A DNA stretch of 64,000 bases. Origin: Nitrospirota bacterium (GTDB lineage: Bacteria; Nitrospinota_A; UBA7883; JACRGQ01). Where the stretch lies: assembly GCA_024275955.1 (NCBI GenBank), contig JAJRYD010000029.1:4500-68499 (forward strand). The letters run 5' to 3'. Below the pieces are notes generated by a model. That model ran no database searches. It was not told the DNA's origin and was given only the letters and a program-made list of their open reading frames with translations. The position numbers and the translations under genes are program-made. Of the stretch, positions 19,577 through 30,700 are shown piece by piece (the stretch's first letter is position 1; every line of letters begins with the position of its first letter).

Positions 19577-19783
19577 CTAAGCGGGGATCTCTATGTCGCG
19601 TGTAGTTACTGTTGGCGACATTCCCTGCTCTTCGCGTGCGGCAATACATTCTTTTGCCGCTTCCATAATGTTTTTCATTGCTTCATCCATTGTTTTGCCC
19701 TGTGATATGCAACCGGGAATAGACGGACATTCGGCGATGAATATTCCATCCTCGTCTGTAACAATAGTAACCTGCAGTTTCAT
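19577..19783 (-). CDS. hicB: HicB-family antitoxin (UPF0150 N-domain only); the start is taken at the internal Met of the 96-aa ORF
   Basis: MKLQVTIVTDEDGIFIAECPSIPGCISQGKTMDEAMKNIMEAAKECI matches the HicB/UPF0150 fold signature. The stop abuts the hicA start. Confidence 0.7.
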   Translation of the reverse strand: MKLQVTIVTDEDGIFIAECPSIPGCISQGKTMDEAMKNIMEAAKECIAAREEQGMSPTVTTRDIEIPA

Positions 19784-19823
19784 AAAAGCTCCAATATCGT
19801 ACAGTTTATGAACCTCTTGTAGC

Positions 19824-21134
19824 CTACCTCTTGTCCATAGGTATGTAGCTTCTTGTTGCCGCTCCATCGTACAGCTGTCTCGGCCTGCCGATTACCCGTT
19901 TGGGGTCTTGTATCATTTCCGCCCATTGCGCCATCCAGCCGACCATCCTGCCCATAGTAAAGACTACGGTAAACATGTTGACCGGAATTCTTATCGCCTT
20001 GTAGGTTATGCCGGAGTAGAAGTCTACATTAGGGAAAAGCTTTCTCTCAACGAAGTAATCGTCTTTCATCGCTATCTCTTCCAGCCGTAGGGCTATCTCT
20101 AACAGCGGGTCGTTGCCGTCGGTTTTTTCTATTATGTCTCTCGACATTTTTTTGATAAGTTTCGCGCGTGGGTCGTAGTTTTTGTAAACCCTATGTCCAA
20201 AACCCATCAGGCGGAAGGAATCGTCTTTGTTTTTTGCTTTGTCTATAAATTTAGGGATGTTTTTCACGTCGCCTATCTCTTCCAGCATAGTGAGTACAGC
20301 CTCGTTTGCTCCGCCGTGCGCCGGCCCCCAAAGCGCGCCGACACCTGCCGAAGCGGCCGCGAACGGGTTTGCTTCCGAAGAGCCGGCAAGCCGTACCGTC
20401 GATGTCGATGCGTTTTGCTCGTGGTCGGCATGGAGAATAAGTATAAGGTCTAGCGCTTTTGCATGTAGCGGGTCTACCTCGTACTTTTCGGCAGGTACAG
20501 AGAACATCATATGGAGGAAGTTCTCCGCGTAGCCTAGTTTGTTATCGGGGTAGTTGATAGGCTGTCCTATAGAGTATTTGTAGGCCGCCGCCGCTATCGT
20601 TGTTATTTTTGCTATCAGCCTGTGCGCCGAAATTTCCTGATGTTTCGGGTTATGTATCTCTAGCGAGTCGTGGTAAAAGGCGCTAAGCGCGCCGACCATG
20701 CCGACCATGATAGCCATAGGGTGGGCATCGCGCCTGAATCCGGCTAGGAATGATTTGAAGCCTTCGTGTACCATCGAGTGGCGGGTGATGATGCCGGCGA
20801 ATTTGTCGTACTCCTCTTTTGCGGGCAACTCTCCGTGGAGAAGAAGGTAGCAGACCTCTAGATAGTTGCTTTTTTCTGCCAGCTCTTCGATGCCGTATCC
20901 ACGATAGAGGAGTATTCCTTTTTCGCCGTCTATGAAAGTTATCTTGCTTTTGCAACTGGCGGTTGACTTAAAGCCGGGGTCGTATGTGAATATCCCCATT
21001 TTTGAGTAGAGCGTGCGTATATCAGCCACGGATGGGCCGTGAGTGGGGTGCAAGAGAGGAAATTCCTCGCTGGCGCCTGTGGCATTGTTGGTGATTGTTA
21101 TACTCTCTTTTCCCATTATCGCCTCCTTAAACAA
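19824..21134 (-). CDS. gltA: Citrate synthase
   Basis: It has the citrate synthase fold signature ([14 protein letters not shown]) and catalytic His/Asp residues. Confidence 0.95.
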   Translation of the reverse strand: MFKEAIMGKESITITNNATGASEEFPLLHPTHGPSVADIRTLYSKMGIFTYDPGFKSTASCKSKITFIDGEKGILLYRGYGIEELAEKSNYLEVCYLLLHGELPAKEEYDKFAGIITRHSMVHEGFKSFLAGFRRDAHPMAIMVGMVGALSAFYHDSLEIHNPKHQEISAHRLIAKITTIAAAAYKYSIGQPINYPDNKLGYAENFLHMMFSVPAEKYEVDPLHAKALDLILILHADHEQNASTSTVRLAGSSEANPFAAASAGVGALWGPAHGGANEAVLTMLEEIGDVKNIPKFIDKAKNKDDSFRLMGFGHRVYKNYDPRAKLIKKMSRDIIEKTDGNDPLLEIALRLEEIAMKDDYFVERKLFPNVDFYSGITYKAIRIPVNMFTVVFTMGRMVGWMAQWAEMIQDPKRVIGRPRQLYDGAATRSYIPMDKR

Positions 21135-21237
21135 ATTAAGACCACTACGACGGGCTGATTTCGCGTTTCTCGACTGACTTCATTCTAGTACGTTTTTGCG
21201 ATATCGCCTAGTATACCGTCGGCCTATTTTGCATAGG

Positions 21238-21266
21238 TTGACGGTTTGGGCTATTTGCAGTATCTT
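21238..21266 (+). promoter_or_regulatory. Putative sigma-70 promoter upstream of the DAHP synthase gene
   Basis: A TTGACG -35 (21238-21243) is followed by a 17-nt spacer and a TATCTT -10 (21261-21266), about 45 nt upstream of the start. Confidence 0.35.
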
Positions 21267-21311
21267 CGTAAATTAGCTTAATATTTTCCTCTTATTGGAG
21301 AGATGTAGAGA

Positions 21312-22328
21312 ATGATTGTTGTTATGAAGCCGGAAGCCCCGCAAGAGGCTGTAGATGAAGTAGTTAAAATTATTAAGGATATCGGTTATACCCCGCATCT
21401 CCTTGCTGGAGAGATACAGACGGTGATTGCTGCTGTTGGAGATGGAAGGGAAAAATCAAGGATCGAATCAATGGAATCGCTAAAGCATGTGGAAAAGGTA
21501 GTTCCTATCTTGAAGCCTTACAAGCTTACCTCGCGCGAGACGACACCTGCCGACAGTATAATCAAGGTAAGGGATGTGGAGATAGGCGGAAAGCATATCG
21601 CCGTGATGGCTGGCCCTTGTTCTGTTGAAGGAGAGGATCAGATTATCGGGGTAGCGAAGTCTGTCAAGGAGGCTGGAGCGAACATCCTTCGTGGCGGAGC
21701 TTTTAAGCCAAGAACCTCTCCATATTCCTTTCAAGGGATGGCTGAGGATGGTTTAAAGCTTCTTGAGAAGGCAAGAAACGAGACAGGCTTGCCTATAGTA
21801 ACCGAGGTACTCAACCCACGAGATCTGGAGTTGATATGCAAATATACCGATATCGTCCAGATAGGCGCGCGGAATATGCAGAACTTTTCGCTTCTAAAGG
21901 AAGTTGGGCTTATAGATAAGCCGATTCTTCTCAAAAGAGGCTTGGCAAACACTATAGACGAGTGGCTTATGTCTGCCGAATATATACTTGCTGGCGGAAA
22001 CCGGCAGGTAATCTTGTGCGAGAGAGGCATAAGGACATTTGAGACAGCAACAAGGAACACCCTAGATTTAAGCGCGGTGCCTGTTGTTAAGAGCAAAACT
22101 CATCTGCCGGTCATTATAGATCCTTCGCATGGTACCGGCTATTGGCAGTATGTGGGAGACCTTGCCAAGGCGGCTGTTGCTGTTGGCGCGGACGGCCTTA
22201 TGATAGAGGTTCATAACCAGCCGGAGATTGCGTTTTCGGATGGCGCGCAGTCGTTAAAGCCTAAAAAGTTTGCCACTCTTATGGACGAGCTGAGACCTAT
22301 TGCCAAGGCGGTAGGCAGGACTATTTAG
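21312..22328 (+). CDS. 3-deoxy-7-phosphoheptulonate (DAHP) synthase, class I-beta, with an N-terminal ferredoxin-like regulatory domain
   Basis: The N-terminal domain of about 70 aa (MIVVMKPEAP..IGYTPHLL..IAAVGD) is followed by a KDO8P/DAHP synthase TIM barrel (GGAFKPRTSPYSFQG, KRGLANT, IIDPSH). Confidence 0.85.
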   Translation: MIVVMKPEAPQEAVDEVVKIIKDIGYTPHLLAGEIQTVIAAVGDGREKSRIESMESLKHVEKVVPILKPYKLTSRETTPADSIIKVRDVEIGGKHIAVMAGPCSVEGEDQIIGVAKSVKEAGANILRGGAFKPRTSPYSFQGMAEDGLKLLEKARNETGLPIVTEVLNPRDLELICKYTDIVQIGARNMQNFSLLKEVGLIDKPILLKRGLANTIDEWLMSAEYILAGGNRQVILCERGIRTFETATRNTLDLSAVPVVKSKTHLPVIIDPSHGTGYWQYVGDLAKAAVAVGADGLMIEVHNQPEIAFSDGAQSLKPKKFATLMDELRPIAKAVGRTI

Positions 22329-22359
22329 TATGGGTAACCTTGCCTAGCCTAAAAAGCTT

Positions 22360-24243
22360 TTGATGGAAGTCTCCCGGGTATTTGAGCCGGGGGGGCTACT
22401 CTCCCAGTCTCTTGAAGATTACGAGCCTCGGTCAGAACAGATAAAAATGGCAGAGGCTGTGAGCATCGCTATTGATTCCTGCCGAATGCTTGTTGTTGAA
22501 GCTGGAACCGGAACAGGTAAAACGCTTGCCTATCTTGTTCCGGCAATTCTAAGCGACCGGCAGGTTGTCATCTCTACAGCTACGAAGAACCTTCAAGAGC
22601 AGGTTTTTTTTAAAGATATTCCATACCTCAAAAAGCATCTTGGGGTAGATTTTTCCGCTATGATGATGAAGGGTCGTTCCAACTATCTTTGCCCCCATAG
22701 GCTCGATAAGTTTTTACAAGGGAGCATGTTTACCAACGCTTCCGAGAAGAGACTGCTTGATAAAATTTTCAAGTGGTCCCAAAAAACAAAGACAGGCGAT
22801 AAGGCGGAACTTTTAGACCTTCCTGAGGGTAGCAGGCTATGGAGCCAGATATGTTCCACGCCAGATTTTTGCGACGGTTTAAAGTGTCCCCGCCAGACCG
22901 ACTGCTTTATCTCCAAGTTAAGAAAACAGTCGGAGGAATCGCAAATTATTGTTGTAAACCACCACCTCTTTTTTGCAGATTTGGCAATCAGGGATAAAGG
23001 ATTTACCGGAGTTTTGCCCGATTACGATGTGGCGATCTTTGACGAAGCGCATCAAGTGGAAGAGACGGCATCGCAGTACTTCGGTTTTTCAGTTACAAGC
23101 CATCGGATGGATGACCTTGTGCGGGATACGGTAAAGGAAGTTGACAAGCTTAAAAGCAAGGGCGAATTGATAAAGGATATAGACAACCTTGACACAAGGA
23201 TCAAAAATTTCTTTTACGGTTTTCATAAGGAAAGCGACAACAGGTTCAGCCTTTCCGAATTTCCTTTCGATATGGAGTCGGCCGAAATAGTTCTTACCTC
23301 TTTACTTGCCGTTGAGTCTAAGCTTTCTTCTTTAAAAAAGAGCGATGATACGCTCAAAGCTCTTGCATCCAGATATCTGATCATACATGACGAACTTGCG
23401 CGGCTTATAGCGTGTGAGGGGAGCGATTATATTTTCTGGGGCGAGACCAGAGGTAAATCGGTTTTCCTTTATGCTTCTAGTATTGATGTTTCTCCGATGC
23501 TAAAGAAGAGCCTTTACAGCAGATGCACCACGCTGTTTACCTCTGCCACACTCGCTTCTGCGGGCGAATTTGACTACTTTCGGTCGCGGCTCGGGCTAGA
23601 GGAGACAGACACGCTTCTTTTACCTTCACCTTTCGATTTTGAAAAACAGGTGAGCATTTATATCCCGAAACTGCCGGAGCCTAGCAGTGCCGCTTTTCTC
23701 GACGGTCTTTTAGATGAATCGCTAAAAGTGATTAATCTTGTAAAGGGTAAGACGCTTTTTCTTTTTACATCTTTTAGGAATATGCATGAGGTGAGAAGAA
23801 GGCTGGAGGGCAGACTGAAGTTTTCGATATTAACTCAAGGGGAGGCGCCGAGGCATATTTTGCTAGAGCAGTTTAGGAACGATATAGATTCGGTTTTACT
23901 CGCTACATCGAGCTTTTGGCAAGGCGTCGATGTGAGAGGGGAGGCACTCAGCTGTCTGATTATAGATAGGCTTCCTTTTGCTTCGCCGGGTGATCCTGTC
24001 ATGTCGGCCAGAATTGAAAGAATAGAGAAAAACGGCGGCAACCCGTTTCGCGACTATCAGCTTCCTTTTGCAGTGCTACTGCTCAAACAGGGACTCGGGA
24101 GGCTTATTAGGCACCGTAATGACAAAGGGATAATAATGATTGCTGACAATAGAATTACGACCAAGCGGTACGGCAAGAGCTTTCTCAAGTCGTTGCCGCC
24201 GGCACCTATAGTCAGCAGGTTTGAAGAGCTTGCTTGGGGCTAG
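22360..24243 (+). CDS. dinG: DinG/Rad3(XPD)-family ATP-dependent DNA helicase with an Fe-S cluster
   Basis: It has a Walker A (EAGTGTGKTLAYLVP), a DEAH motif (FDEAHQVEE), four Cys in the Fe-S region (CPHR...CSTPDFC..CP), and helicase C-terminal motifs. Confidence 0.85.
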   Translation: MMEVSRVFEPGGLLSQSLEDYEPRSEQIKMAEAVSIAIDSCRMLVVEAGTGTGKTLAYLVPAILSDRQVVISTATKNLQEQVFFKDIPYLKKHLGVDFSAMMMKGRSNYLCPHRLDKFLQGSMFTNASEKRLLDKIFKWSQKTKTGDKAELLDLPEGSRLWSQICSTPDFCDGLKCPRQTDCFISKLRKQSEESQIIVVNHHLFFADLAIRDKGFTGVLPDYDVAIFDEAHQVEETASQYFGFSVTSHRMDDLVRDTVKEVDKLKSKGELIKDIDNLDTRIKNFFYGFHKESDNRFSLSEFPFDMESAEIVLTSLLAVESKLSSLKKSDDTLKALASRYLIIHDELARLIACEGSDYIFWGETRGKSVFLYASSIDVSPMLKKSLYSRCTTLFTSATLASAGEFDYFRSRLGLEETDTLLLPSPFDFEKQVSIYIPKLPEPSSAAFLDGLLDESLKVINLVKGKTLFLFTSFRNMHEVRRRLEGRLKFSILTQGEAPRHILLEQFRNDIDSVLLATSSFWQGVDVRGEALSCLIIDRLPFASPGDPVMSARIERIEKNGGNPFRDYQLPFAVLLLKQGLGRLIRHRNDKGIIMIADNRITTKRYGKSFLKSLPPAPIVSRFEELAWG

Positions 24244-24384
24244 TTTTGCTCCATCCCTGTAAATTAAAGTAATATATATAAATTTTTCAACTATTCCGGC
24301 CTGATATAAGGTAAACTCGTGGGCTGACGGGGATTTCCACTTTGGAGTTTAACTTACTGAAAATATAGCGTATTTGGGGTCTGA

Positions 24385-25242
24385 ATGAGCATTGAAAGAG
24401 CGGATGTAGTTAGTCAAATAGACAAGCTTCCGGCCTTTAACGCTACTGTGGCAAAGGTGATACAACTTTCAAACGATCCAAAATCCCAGCCGAAAGACCT
24501 TGTTCACGCAATCAGTATCGACCCTATATTGACGGCCGAGATTTTAAAGCTAATTAACTCCGCCTATTTCGGCGTTGCGACTCAGGTTGTTTCCCTTCAG
24601 CGGGCTGTGGTTATGCTTGGGTTGAACACTGTAAAAAATCTTGCTCTCAGCTCGTCTCTTATCTCCAATATAAAGATGCGCAACAACTTTCAATGGTTCA
24701 CCAGTGACGAGTTTTGGGAACATTCTCTTGGAACTGCTGTAGGTGCCAAGTTGGTGGCGGCTAGCAGGTCTGTGCCTATTGCGGAAAGGGAGGAATATTT
24801 TATCGCCGGACTGCTTCACGATATGGGTAAAATCGTATTTGTGCAGTATCATCACGAGGAGTATGCGAGAATTATGGATCCTGATTTCAGGCCTGGAGAA
24901 AGAAAGTCTAACCTAGAGGTGGAATCGTTTGGCGTGAATCATGCCGAGCTTGGCGGCCTTATGACCGAAAGCTGGAAGCTTCCCCAATCGCTTTGCGACT
25001 CAATAAAGGAGCATCACAGGCCGAGTTTTAACGGCGATTCGTCTGATATTGTAAAGGCGGCGGTGAGTCTTTCGGATTTTGTTTGCAATAAAAGACAGCT
25101 TGGGATAAAAAGCTATGTAGGGATGGAAGAGCCCGACCCGATGGTATGGGAGGTTCTTTCGCTTGATGAAGGCGACGTGGATGGCCTGTTTGCTAACCTT
25201 GACAAGGAAGTCGAGAAAGCAAAGGTCTTTTTAAGGCAGTAG
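24385..25242 (+). CDS. HDOD domain protein (HD-related output domain)
   Basis: It shows the HDOD core: LP..P.V..KVIQL..DP......LV..I..DP.LTAEILKL(I)NSAYFG...V.SLQRAV..LG. A degenerate HD motif (LLHDMGK) is also present. Confidence 0.8.
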   Translation: MSIERADVVSQIDKLPAFNATVAKVIQLSNDPKSQPKDLVHAISIDPILTAEILKLINSAYFGVATQVVSLQRAVVMLGLNTVKNLALSSSLISNIKMRNNFQWFTSDEFWEHSLGTAVGAKLVAASRSVPIAEREEYFIAGLLHDMGKIVFVQYHHEEYARIMDPDFRPGERKSNLEVESFGVNHAELGGLMTESWKLPQSLCDSIKEHHRPSFNGDSSDIVKAAVSLSDFVCNKRQLGIKSYVGMEEPDPMVWEVLSLDEGDVDGLFANLDKEVEKAKVFLRQ

Positions 25243-25248
25243 GTTTGT

Positions 25249-26130
25249 ATGAAGCTTAGGTTTTGGGGAGTAAGAGGTTCTGTACCTACTCCGGGTCCTG
25301 ATACGGTTTATTTTGGCGGCAATACCTCTTGCCTACAGCTTACGGATAGCGATGAGCCTGTGGTAGTACTCGACGCGGGGACTGGAATAAGAGGTATCGG
25401 CCTAGACCTTGTAAGCAAGCATCCAGATAAAAAGGAAATACATCTCCTCTTTTCGCATACTCACTGGGATCATATTCAAGGGCTTCCGTTTTTCGCTCCG
25501 CTTTACATTCCGGGCTACAGTATTGACATTTATGGGCCGGTTCATTATGAAAAATCTCTCGAAGAGATACTCGACCGGCAGATGGAGTATACCTACTTTC
25601 CTGTTCGTGTGGCGGAGCTTCAGGCCAAAATCACATATCACGAATTGAAAGAGGAAGATTTTTCAATCGGAGGCTACAACTGCGCCTCAAAATATCTCAA
25701 TCATCCGGTGCTTTGTCTCGGATACAGGTTCAAAAAAGAGGGCAAATCGGTAATCTACTGCACCGACCACGAGCCTTATTACAACTACCTCGGCGAAGAT
25801 GATACAGGTGAGGAAATGGGGGCGATAATAGAAGAGCAAAACGGCCGTCTTGAAGATTTTGTTCGCGGTGCGGACCTCCTTGTGATGGATTCGCAATACA
25901 CAGAGGGAGAATACCGATCGCACCTCGGGTGGGGGCATAGCACCACAAAGCATACCATCGACCTTGTGCTGAAAACCGGCGTGAAGCGTTGTTCGCTTTT
26001 TCATCACGACCCCGACAGGAAAGACGATGACGAAAAGAAAATTATAGAGGGACTCCAAAAGCACCTTGATGAATCTCCAGACCTGATTGATATCTTCGGA
26101 GCTAGGGAAGGCATGGAAATTGACATTTAA
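25249..26130 (+). CDS. Metallo-beta-lactamase-fold hydrolase
   Basis: The HxHxDH motif (FSHTHWDHIQG) is present with downstream His/Asp ligands. Confidence 0.75.
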   Translation: MKLRFWGVRGSVPTPGPDTVYFGGNTSCLQLTDSDEPVVVLDAGTGIRGIGLDLVSKHPDKKEIHLLFSHTHWDHIQGLPFFAPLYIPGYSIDIYGPVHYEKSLEEILDRQMEYTYFPVRVAELQAKITYHELKEEDFSIGGYNCASKYLNHPVLCLGYRFKKEGKSVIYCTDHEPYYNYLGEDDTGEEMGAIIEEQNGRLEDFVRGADLLVMDSQYTEGEYRSHLGWGHSTTKHTIDLVLKTGVKRCSLFHHDPDRKDDDEKKIIEGLQKHLDESPDLIDIFGAREGMEIDI

Positions 26131-26149
26131 TTTTTTCGACTAGATTTTT

Positions 26150-26815
26150 ATGGCGTCGAATTTTAAAAGCGACCTGAGGAATCTTTTTTTCGCAGGCCTT
26201 CTCGTAACTCTGCCTCTGGTATTTACGGTATTTCTTCTTCATTTTCTTTTTGTCAGCCTTGACAACCTGCTTGGCCCCGGTGTCGCTATTCTTTTGAATA
26301 AGGTTGGCTACAATATAGACCCAGCTTTTAGGCTTCCAGGGTTAGGCATAGTCGCGCTTGTATTGCTGGTGCTTCTTGTGGGGATATTTGCCAGAAATAT
26401 ACTTGGCGAAAAGATAGTAAGCCTTTACGAGTCGATTCTTGTGCGAATACCATTCGCGAAAAGTATCTATGTAGGTGCCAAGCAGATTGTGGAGACTTTT
26501 GGTAAATCTATGGGCGATAAGTTTAACAAAGTGGTAATGATAGAATACCCGCGAAAAGGGATTTACGCGCTTGCTTTTACCACAAGCAAATCTTCCGGCG
26601 AGGTGGTGCGCAAAACAGGCAAGGAGATGACTAATGTTTTTCTTCCAACCACTCCTAATCCTACCTCCGGTTTTTTTCTGCTCATCCCGAATGAAGAGAT
26701 AATCGATCTTGATATGTCCGTGGAGGCCGGCATAAAGATGATTATTTCAGGCGGGCTGGTTACACCGCCCAACGGCGCAAAAGGGGAGCCGGAGAAGATT
26801 AAAAATGGCCAATGA
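26150..26815 (+). CDS. DUF502-family membrane protein
   Basis: It has two N-terminal transmembrane helices and a conserved C-terminal FLPTTPNPTSGF motif. Confidence 0.7.
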   Translation: MASNFKSDLRNLFFAGLLVTLPLVFTVFLLHFLFVSLDNLLGPGVAILLNKVGYNIDPAFRLPGLGIVALVLLVLLVGIFARNILGEKIVSLYESILVRIPFAKSIYVGAKQIVETFGKSMGDKFNKVVMIEYPRKGIYALAFTTSKSSGEVVRKTGKEMTNVFLPTTPNPTSGFFLLIPNEEIIDLDMSVEAGIKMIISGGLVTPPNGAKGEPEKIKNGQ

Positions 26816-27155
26816 ACCGGAATTCGATAACAGAATTATTGAAAAACCTCTCACAAAAGACGAGCTTGAGAAGATGGCTAAAGGCCACAACGGAACAATA
26901 AAGCTAGTGGCAGATATTCAAAGGGAAAGAGTTGCCGCCGGCGCCAAGTGGCATAGCGGTTTGCGTAATCTTTTGGTCGCTGAAGGCTCAAATCCTGACG
27001 ATTGCTGGGGCGCCAAAATTGATATCAATTCAGGCGGGATAGTCTACGAATCGCAGATAAATAAAGAAAAACCGCAGCACAATGCGGTGGAGATAAAAGA
27101 CGACGCGGTTAGAAAAAAAATGAAGCTGTTTATAGAAAGGTTTTTCGTGCCTTAA
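26805..27155 (+). CDS. Hypothetical small protein
   Basis: It overlaps the DUF502 gene by 11 nt. I recognise no motifs. Confidence 0.35.
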   Translation: MANEPEFDNRIIEKPLTKDELEKMAKGHNGTIKLVADIQRERVAAGAKWHSGLRNLLVAEGSNPDDCWGAKIDINSGGIVYESQINKEKPQHNAVEIKDDAVRKKMKLFIERFFVP

Positions 27156-27368
27156 GAGACTGTTTTCCAAGCTTGACAGATGTAACCGAGCGGAAAAGGC
27201 AGGCGACAGAAAATACCGCCGCGGAAAAAATGATATGCAGTTTGGCGATACTTGCGATCCTACCGAGCGGTAGTGCAGAAAGGATGCTTATCACTTTGCG
27301 GCGGGGTAGTCTTACTGCCTGCTTTCTTAGAGGAATTGCAAGTTTGTCTGGCATCTCTTTCAAATACC

Positions 27369-27530
27369 TCAAAGTTTTAAATCAATCCTGCCTGAGCTTG
27401 ATTTGGTACTGAAAATTTCCTTGGCCATCTTGGATGCTATCTCTCTCGACTTGACCTTGTATTTTTTGTCGGCTATCTCTTTGCGGAACTTCTCGACCAG
27501 CTCCTTGCGTATTCCGCTTACCGGCGGCAC
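27369..27530 (-). CDS. flgM: FlgM-like anti-sigma-28 factor, 53 aa. This small gene is absent from the six-frame ORF track.
   Basis: The minus-strand ORF has a GTG start. It translates to VPPVSGIRKELVEKFRKEIADKKYKVKSREIASKMAKEIFSTKSSSGRIDLKL, which closely follows the FlgM C-terminal domain (for example B. subtilis ..[32 protein letters not shown]). A GGAGGG SD lies 7 nt upstream of the GTG. A sigma-28 -10-like CCGATAA lies about 70 nt upstream. Confidence 0.6.
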   Translation of the reverse strand: MPPVSGIRKELVEKFRKEIADKKYKVKSREIASKMAKEIFSTKSSSGRIDLKL

Positions 27531-27770
27531 TTAATTTCCCTCCAAAAAGAGATATCCCGGCAGGTTTTTACCTAATTCATCCAATACTTGCATAGATTTC
27601 TTATCGGGATTGCAGATATTTTTCATAAGGGTATAGTGATATAGGCTTTTAAAACAGCAAGTTAAGGCATTCTTCTGTGCTGGTTTTTCTGTTTTTCTTT
27701 TTTTGGAACGAGGTTTGCTCCTATCTTTGTTAAGTATAAAATATATAAGAACTTAAAACTGGATAGTGAT

Positions 27771-30700
27771 TTGACAAGAGAAAACAGTATCGACCCAGAT
27801 AGATATACAACCGGGCCGCCATCTTTAAACTCTGGCGGGCCTAGCGTTGTATCGGTCACAGGTACGGCTGGAGGAGCCGGGAAAACTACGTTGGCACTTT
27901 GCTCGGGGATAGCTGTAGCTTCGGCCGGGCATAGGGTGCTGGTGGTCGATTTAGGTTATTCCGGCGGCCGAATGCTTTCCCTGCTTGGGATGAGCCAGCC
28001 AGACCGAAACCTTCACAACTATTTTAAGAGATCCAAAACGCTTGAAGAGGTAATTATTTCGACCACTGTTCCGCACCTCTCTTTAATTCACGGTGGGGCA
28101 ATCTTGACCGATAGCTTTCAGGGAAAGCTTACCCGCATAAACCTTTTGAGGAACCTGAGGAAACTTCCGTTCGAGTTTATTTTTCTAGATCTCGGCATGT
28201 TGTGGAACAGCCAGAGGTCGGGGCTGTTTGCCTCATCGGATTACCGTATCGTAGTCGGCACGGAGGAAGAATCTACCTCCAGCGCGGTAGTACAGCTGGT
28301 TTCTTCTAACCTATTTTCAGAACTGGGTGACTATCCAAAGCTTACGAGAGAAGATAGGGAAAGCCTCGACGCTATTGAAAACAGATTTGCCTATAACCCA
28401 GATTTTTCCGTTTTGGGTGGTCAGTTGAAGGAGCAGGTACCACCACTAAAGGAAGAGTGGGAAAAGCTGTTTTCCGGCTATGAGGTAAATATTTTTTTAA
28501 ATAAGGTTTCCTCTCTTGATTACTTTAGGTTCTTAAAAATAGGCTACGAAGAATGTTTTAGAAATGCCTCGCTTAGCGGCTACCGCTTGCTACCGATTCC
28601 GAACTGTCTTTCATTTCCAGAAGATCTTTCCGCAATTTTGAACAGCTCGTTTTTTGCCGCTTGCCGCGGGTGGATTGTAGACCTTTTGGGGCTTGGTGGC
28701 AGGGAAAACGAAGATATTGAAGTGATTTTTTCTTCGGCGCAAGAGCTTTTAAAGGGCGGCCGCGTTTCGGCCGAAATTGCCGGTAAGCCTGTTGTAAAAA
28801 ACTTTGGGAACGAAGTGGAAAAAATTGACCGTGAGATGGAGCTGGTTCGCGCGGAGAAATTTGAAGCGGTCAACCGTGCTGTTGAAAAGAGTATGTTCGA
28901 TCGTAAAAAAGAGGCATCGCATAAACTTGAACTGGAAGCGGAAGAAAAGCGGTATGCCCTTAATGACGAAGTCGAAAACCAGAGGCGCAGATTTCAGCTT
29001 GAGATGGAGAGGGAAGCCGACATCCTAAGAGCCGAAAGAGACGCAAAACTCTCTATGGAGTTCAACGAGAAATCGGCACAATTTACCGAAGAGCTTTCCT
29101 TGATACGCGCGAGCAGGATAAAGGATATGGAAAGCCAGCTGGAGAAATATTATCCAAGCGCTAGAGCCGCCTTTGAAAACGAGATGAAGATGAAAAGAAA
29201 AAGGCGGGAGATGGAGATTGAAGACGAACTTCGCCTGCTGAAGAAAAAACGGTTAAGCAAAATCGAAAATGAGCTGGCGGTAGAAGTAGATAAGGTTCGT
29301 GAAATGATATGGCAGGAACTTGAAACAAAACGCGAAACGAGAATGTCTCAGATTGACGACAGAATCCACCAGTACAGAGAGGAAAAACGCAAAGAGGTGG
29401 ATAATGAGTTTAAGAAAAAGAAAAGTTTTCAGATCTCTAAACTTGACAAAGAGATAAGCGTTCGAAGGGAGAACCTTCTTATGGATATCTTTAAGGAAGT
29501 GATGGAGACTACGTCACTTTTAGATGAAGAAGAATATCAAAGAAAGGCGAAGCTACAAAGCCGCCTAAACGCGGAACTTTCAGAAGAGAGAGAGGCGGCG
29601 AAAGCGCGAATGCGCAAGGAAGTAGATAACTACCGCGACGAAAAGACGGCTGAAATTCTAAATCAGATAAGCGCGTTTAAAAAAGAAAAGATGGAAATGT
29701 TCAAAGGAGAGGTAGACGAACTTCGCGAAAGGCTTAAGGAAGAGGCGACCGAAGAGGCAGAAGATGTACGAAAAAAGATAATAAGTAAAACTTCCGCGAT
29801 TCTGAATAGAGAACGTATTGAACGGATGGAGAAAGTAGATAGAGAAATTCGTGCAATAAGAACATCTAGAGAGTTGTCGCTCGACAAGGAGATGACAAAG
29901 CTTGAAGACAAAATGAGAGGGGAAGTACACCACAGGATTATCGAAGAGGAAAAAAGGCTTGTCTCTATGCTTGAAAAAACCTTTTCAGACAGAAAGAAGG
30001 AAAAGGAAAATATACTGCGCGGCTTTCTAAAAACCGAACGGACAAAGAAAATTACCGAGCTCAATGATGATGTTAAAAAATTAAAACAGACAATGCTGGA
30101 AAATATTTCCAGTGAGATGGAGGTTGTTAAGGCTCTTCAGGTTGAGAATGTCGAAACAGAGGTTACCAGTATAAGGGAGGCGCGGCACAAAGAACTTGAA
30201 AAGGGCCTGCAGGATGAAATAAGAGAGAGGACAAGAGCTATCTCTTACGCGATTCGCGGCAAGGAATCTAAGCTTCGCACTGAAATGGCGGAGGGGGTAT
30301 CTAATGAGGAGGTGCGGTTGCGGGCGTTGATACATGAAAACCTGAAAGTAGAATCGAACGAACTGCGCAGAAAGATGCTAAGCAAACTGGCTAGTCAGGA
30401 AGACGAGCTGAGAACGCAAAGCAGGGTTGAAGTTGATAATGAAAAAAGCCGGAGGATGGACGAGCTGGAAAGAGAAATTGATTTGAAGAAAAGAGATGGC
30501 GCCGAACTGCTTGAAGGCTGGAACAGTAGGAAGAAAGCGGAGATGCTTCGCGATGTTATAGCTGGTATTAGTGAGGAGGAAAAGCTAAGGCGCGAGCTTA
30601 TGTCCTCGGAATTAGAGTACGAGATGAAAAACGAAAGGCGCAAACGGATGATTCGATTACAGCGGCTGGAGGAAGAAGAAAGAAAAAAGCTAAAGTTGCT

